From Hydrurus foetidus (taxonomy: Eukaryota), in NCBI GenBank assembly GCA_900617105.1, contig UYFQ01000475.1, positions 1 through 46,770 on the forward strand: a stretch of DNA of 46,770 nt. Direction: 5' to 3'. Made by a program: the position numbers and the translations under genes. Positions 45,201 through 46,770 of this stretch are shown here, piece after piece. The first letter of the stretch is position 1; each line of letters starts with the position of its first letter. The notes beneath the pieces are model-generated. The model made no database searches, was not told the origin of the DNA, and saw only the letters and a list, made by a program, of their open reading frames with translations.

Positions 45201-46593
45201 ACTGAGATTGCTCTACCGTTGACAATTATCAGAGATGTTTCTTCATCATCATCTTCATCTTCTTCCACAAGTGTGGCGGCTTTAACGGTTATCGAACCGG
45301 CCACAGATGAACAAATACTTCATATTCAGATGTGCCACAATGCAATTGTTGGTCACAACGGTGTCGACCGAACCCTCACTCGACTTTACAGTCTAAACCA
45401 AGTGTGGAAAAATATGAAACAGCACGTACGTTCATACATACGAAACTGTCCTTGTTGTCAAAAACTAAGTGCGGTTGATGCGAAAATCAATGCAGCTCAT
45501 TTTTCAACTTCTACTCACGCAATTTTCGATACGTTGAATATTGACTATGTGGGTCCTTTTCCCGATAAGGGGTATATTCTCGTCATAATTGACACCTTCT
45601 CCAGATGGACAGAAATGTTCTGGTGTAAGGACGCTACTGCCGAATCTGCAGCGGAGAATTTATTAACACATTTTGGTCGATTCGGTTCGCCAAACATGAT
45701 AAGATCGGATCGTGGATCCCATTTCGCTAATGATCTCATAAAGAGTTCTTAGATCTTACGGGTACGCCCCATAACCTCACTCTAGCTTACTCCTCTCAAG
45801 AGAATGCGATTGTTGAACGAGTCAATAAAGAGATAAATAGACATTTGAAAGGACTGGTGTTCGATACACCGTCTCTTGTCCATTATGCAAAATGCATTCC
45901 GTTCGTACAACGAATTATTAATAGTTCAGTTAATAAACGTACGGGTGCAAGTCCAGCATCTATCCTATTCGCGGATAAACTTGATTTGAATCGAGGAATT
46001 TTAACACCTCATTTGTACCAATGGTATCATCTTCAAATTCAACATACATTGCTGATTTAATCGAGATACAGGACAAAGTCCTCGATGCAGCAATCGACTC
46101 ACTTCAAAAATGTGATGAAAAACACAAAAAGTCGACATCCGGTTTGACAGTGTTTCCTATAGGGTCGTATGTCTTGGTAAAACAAGAACACCCTCCAACT
46201 CGATTACACACTAAATGGAAAGGCCCTTTCCGTGTTGTATCCTTTGATGATCCGAGTATGTTCTCGCGAACTTAATTACACATAAACACAATAGTGTACA
46301 TGTAAGAATCTTAAAATATTCAATTATGACCCTTCGATGGGCTTACCTGCTGATACAGCACGTCGCGATTACATGGAGTATTTCGTTGAGAAAGTTCTTA
46401 ATCACTCGGTGATAAAAAGAAACCGACTACGATGTCGTTCCATGTAAAATGGCTCAACTATGATGACTCACATAATACATGGGAGCCTTGGAAGAATCTC
46501 CGGCTCTGTGATGCACTCCATGTATACCTGAGGAACAATAACATGTCGCGTTTTGTTCCCAGGAATATTGAGGGATCAACCACCGAGGTTTGA
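42300..46593 (+). pseudogene. pol: Gypsy-2 Pol (PR, RT, RNase H, IN, chromodomain) with multiple frameshifts and stops
   Basis: VLDTAN protease; CIDYRALN, YLDD; YTDASDYG, KEAYAI, TDH, ADALSR; HHCC, SDRGSHF, GPF; HVKWLNY...TWEP, spread over several frames. Confidence 0.92.
42471..43161 (+). repeat. 353-bp-period tandem duplication in the Gypsy-2 protease region
   Basis: 42471-42808 repeated at 42824-43161, with GATACCGCCAACTACTCC doubled at the junction (42806-42841). Confidence 0.92.
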
Positions 46594-46770
46594 GCTCAAA
46601 CGTAATATCTTTGAAGATTTTTTGGCCTAATTTTTGCCCTCACGAGGGATTTTTATGGTTTTAGTCAGTAAAAATCTGACATAATTACGTTTGACCCTCG
46701 TACAACAGAACGATTCTGTTTTTGTACATGCTCCTTATCCTTATCTTTCTCACAATTTCCGAAACCCTTA

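Larger units (their letters stand above)
39622..46770 (+). mobile_element. Ty3/Gypsy chromovirus-type LTR retrotransposon (Gypsy-2), degenerate, 3' LTR outside the window
   Basis: Begins TGTGAC exactly where the Copia-2 reading frame breaks; ~1.2 kb LTR/leader, then Gag, PR, RT, RH, IN, chromodomain. Confidence 0.9.

Noticed and set aside
1..46770. CRISPR array, rRNA genes or prokaryotic operon
   Set aside because: No repeat-spacer array or rRNA-like sequence seen; spliceosomal introns show the DNA is eukaryotic.

Overview
Eukaryotic, intron-containing DNA, most likely from a photosynthetic stramenopile (inferred from two genes with signal-peptide + Phe-initiated transit-peptide leaders). 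A small host island (~14.6-21.4 kb: a 9-exon organellar glycyl-tRNA synthetase and a small plastid-targeted membrane protein) is surrounded by nested transposons. These are two Ty3/Gypsy chromoviruses, an apparently intact 5-intron Helitron-like RepHel gene with tandem OTU domains, an IS630/Tc1-like transposase, a young full-length Copia, two duplicated fragments of a second Copia, and two PIF/Harbinger-group elements nested one inside the other (both with ANT target duplications). Four observations stand out. (1) A 1.7-kb foreign coding fragment, possibly from an RNA virus, is inserted cleanly and in frame into the RNase H of the first Gypsy. (2) The Copia primer-binding position is not tRNA-CCA-like, and its 22 nt recur exactly 120 bp upstream of the host GlyRS start. 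(3) The Helitron carries an active plus a Cys-to-Ser OTU pair sharing a 281-bp identical core. (4) A 25-nt hairpin motif is identical in the 3' UTRs of two otherwise diverged Gypsy elements. All calls are by eye; no searches were run.
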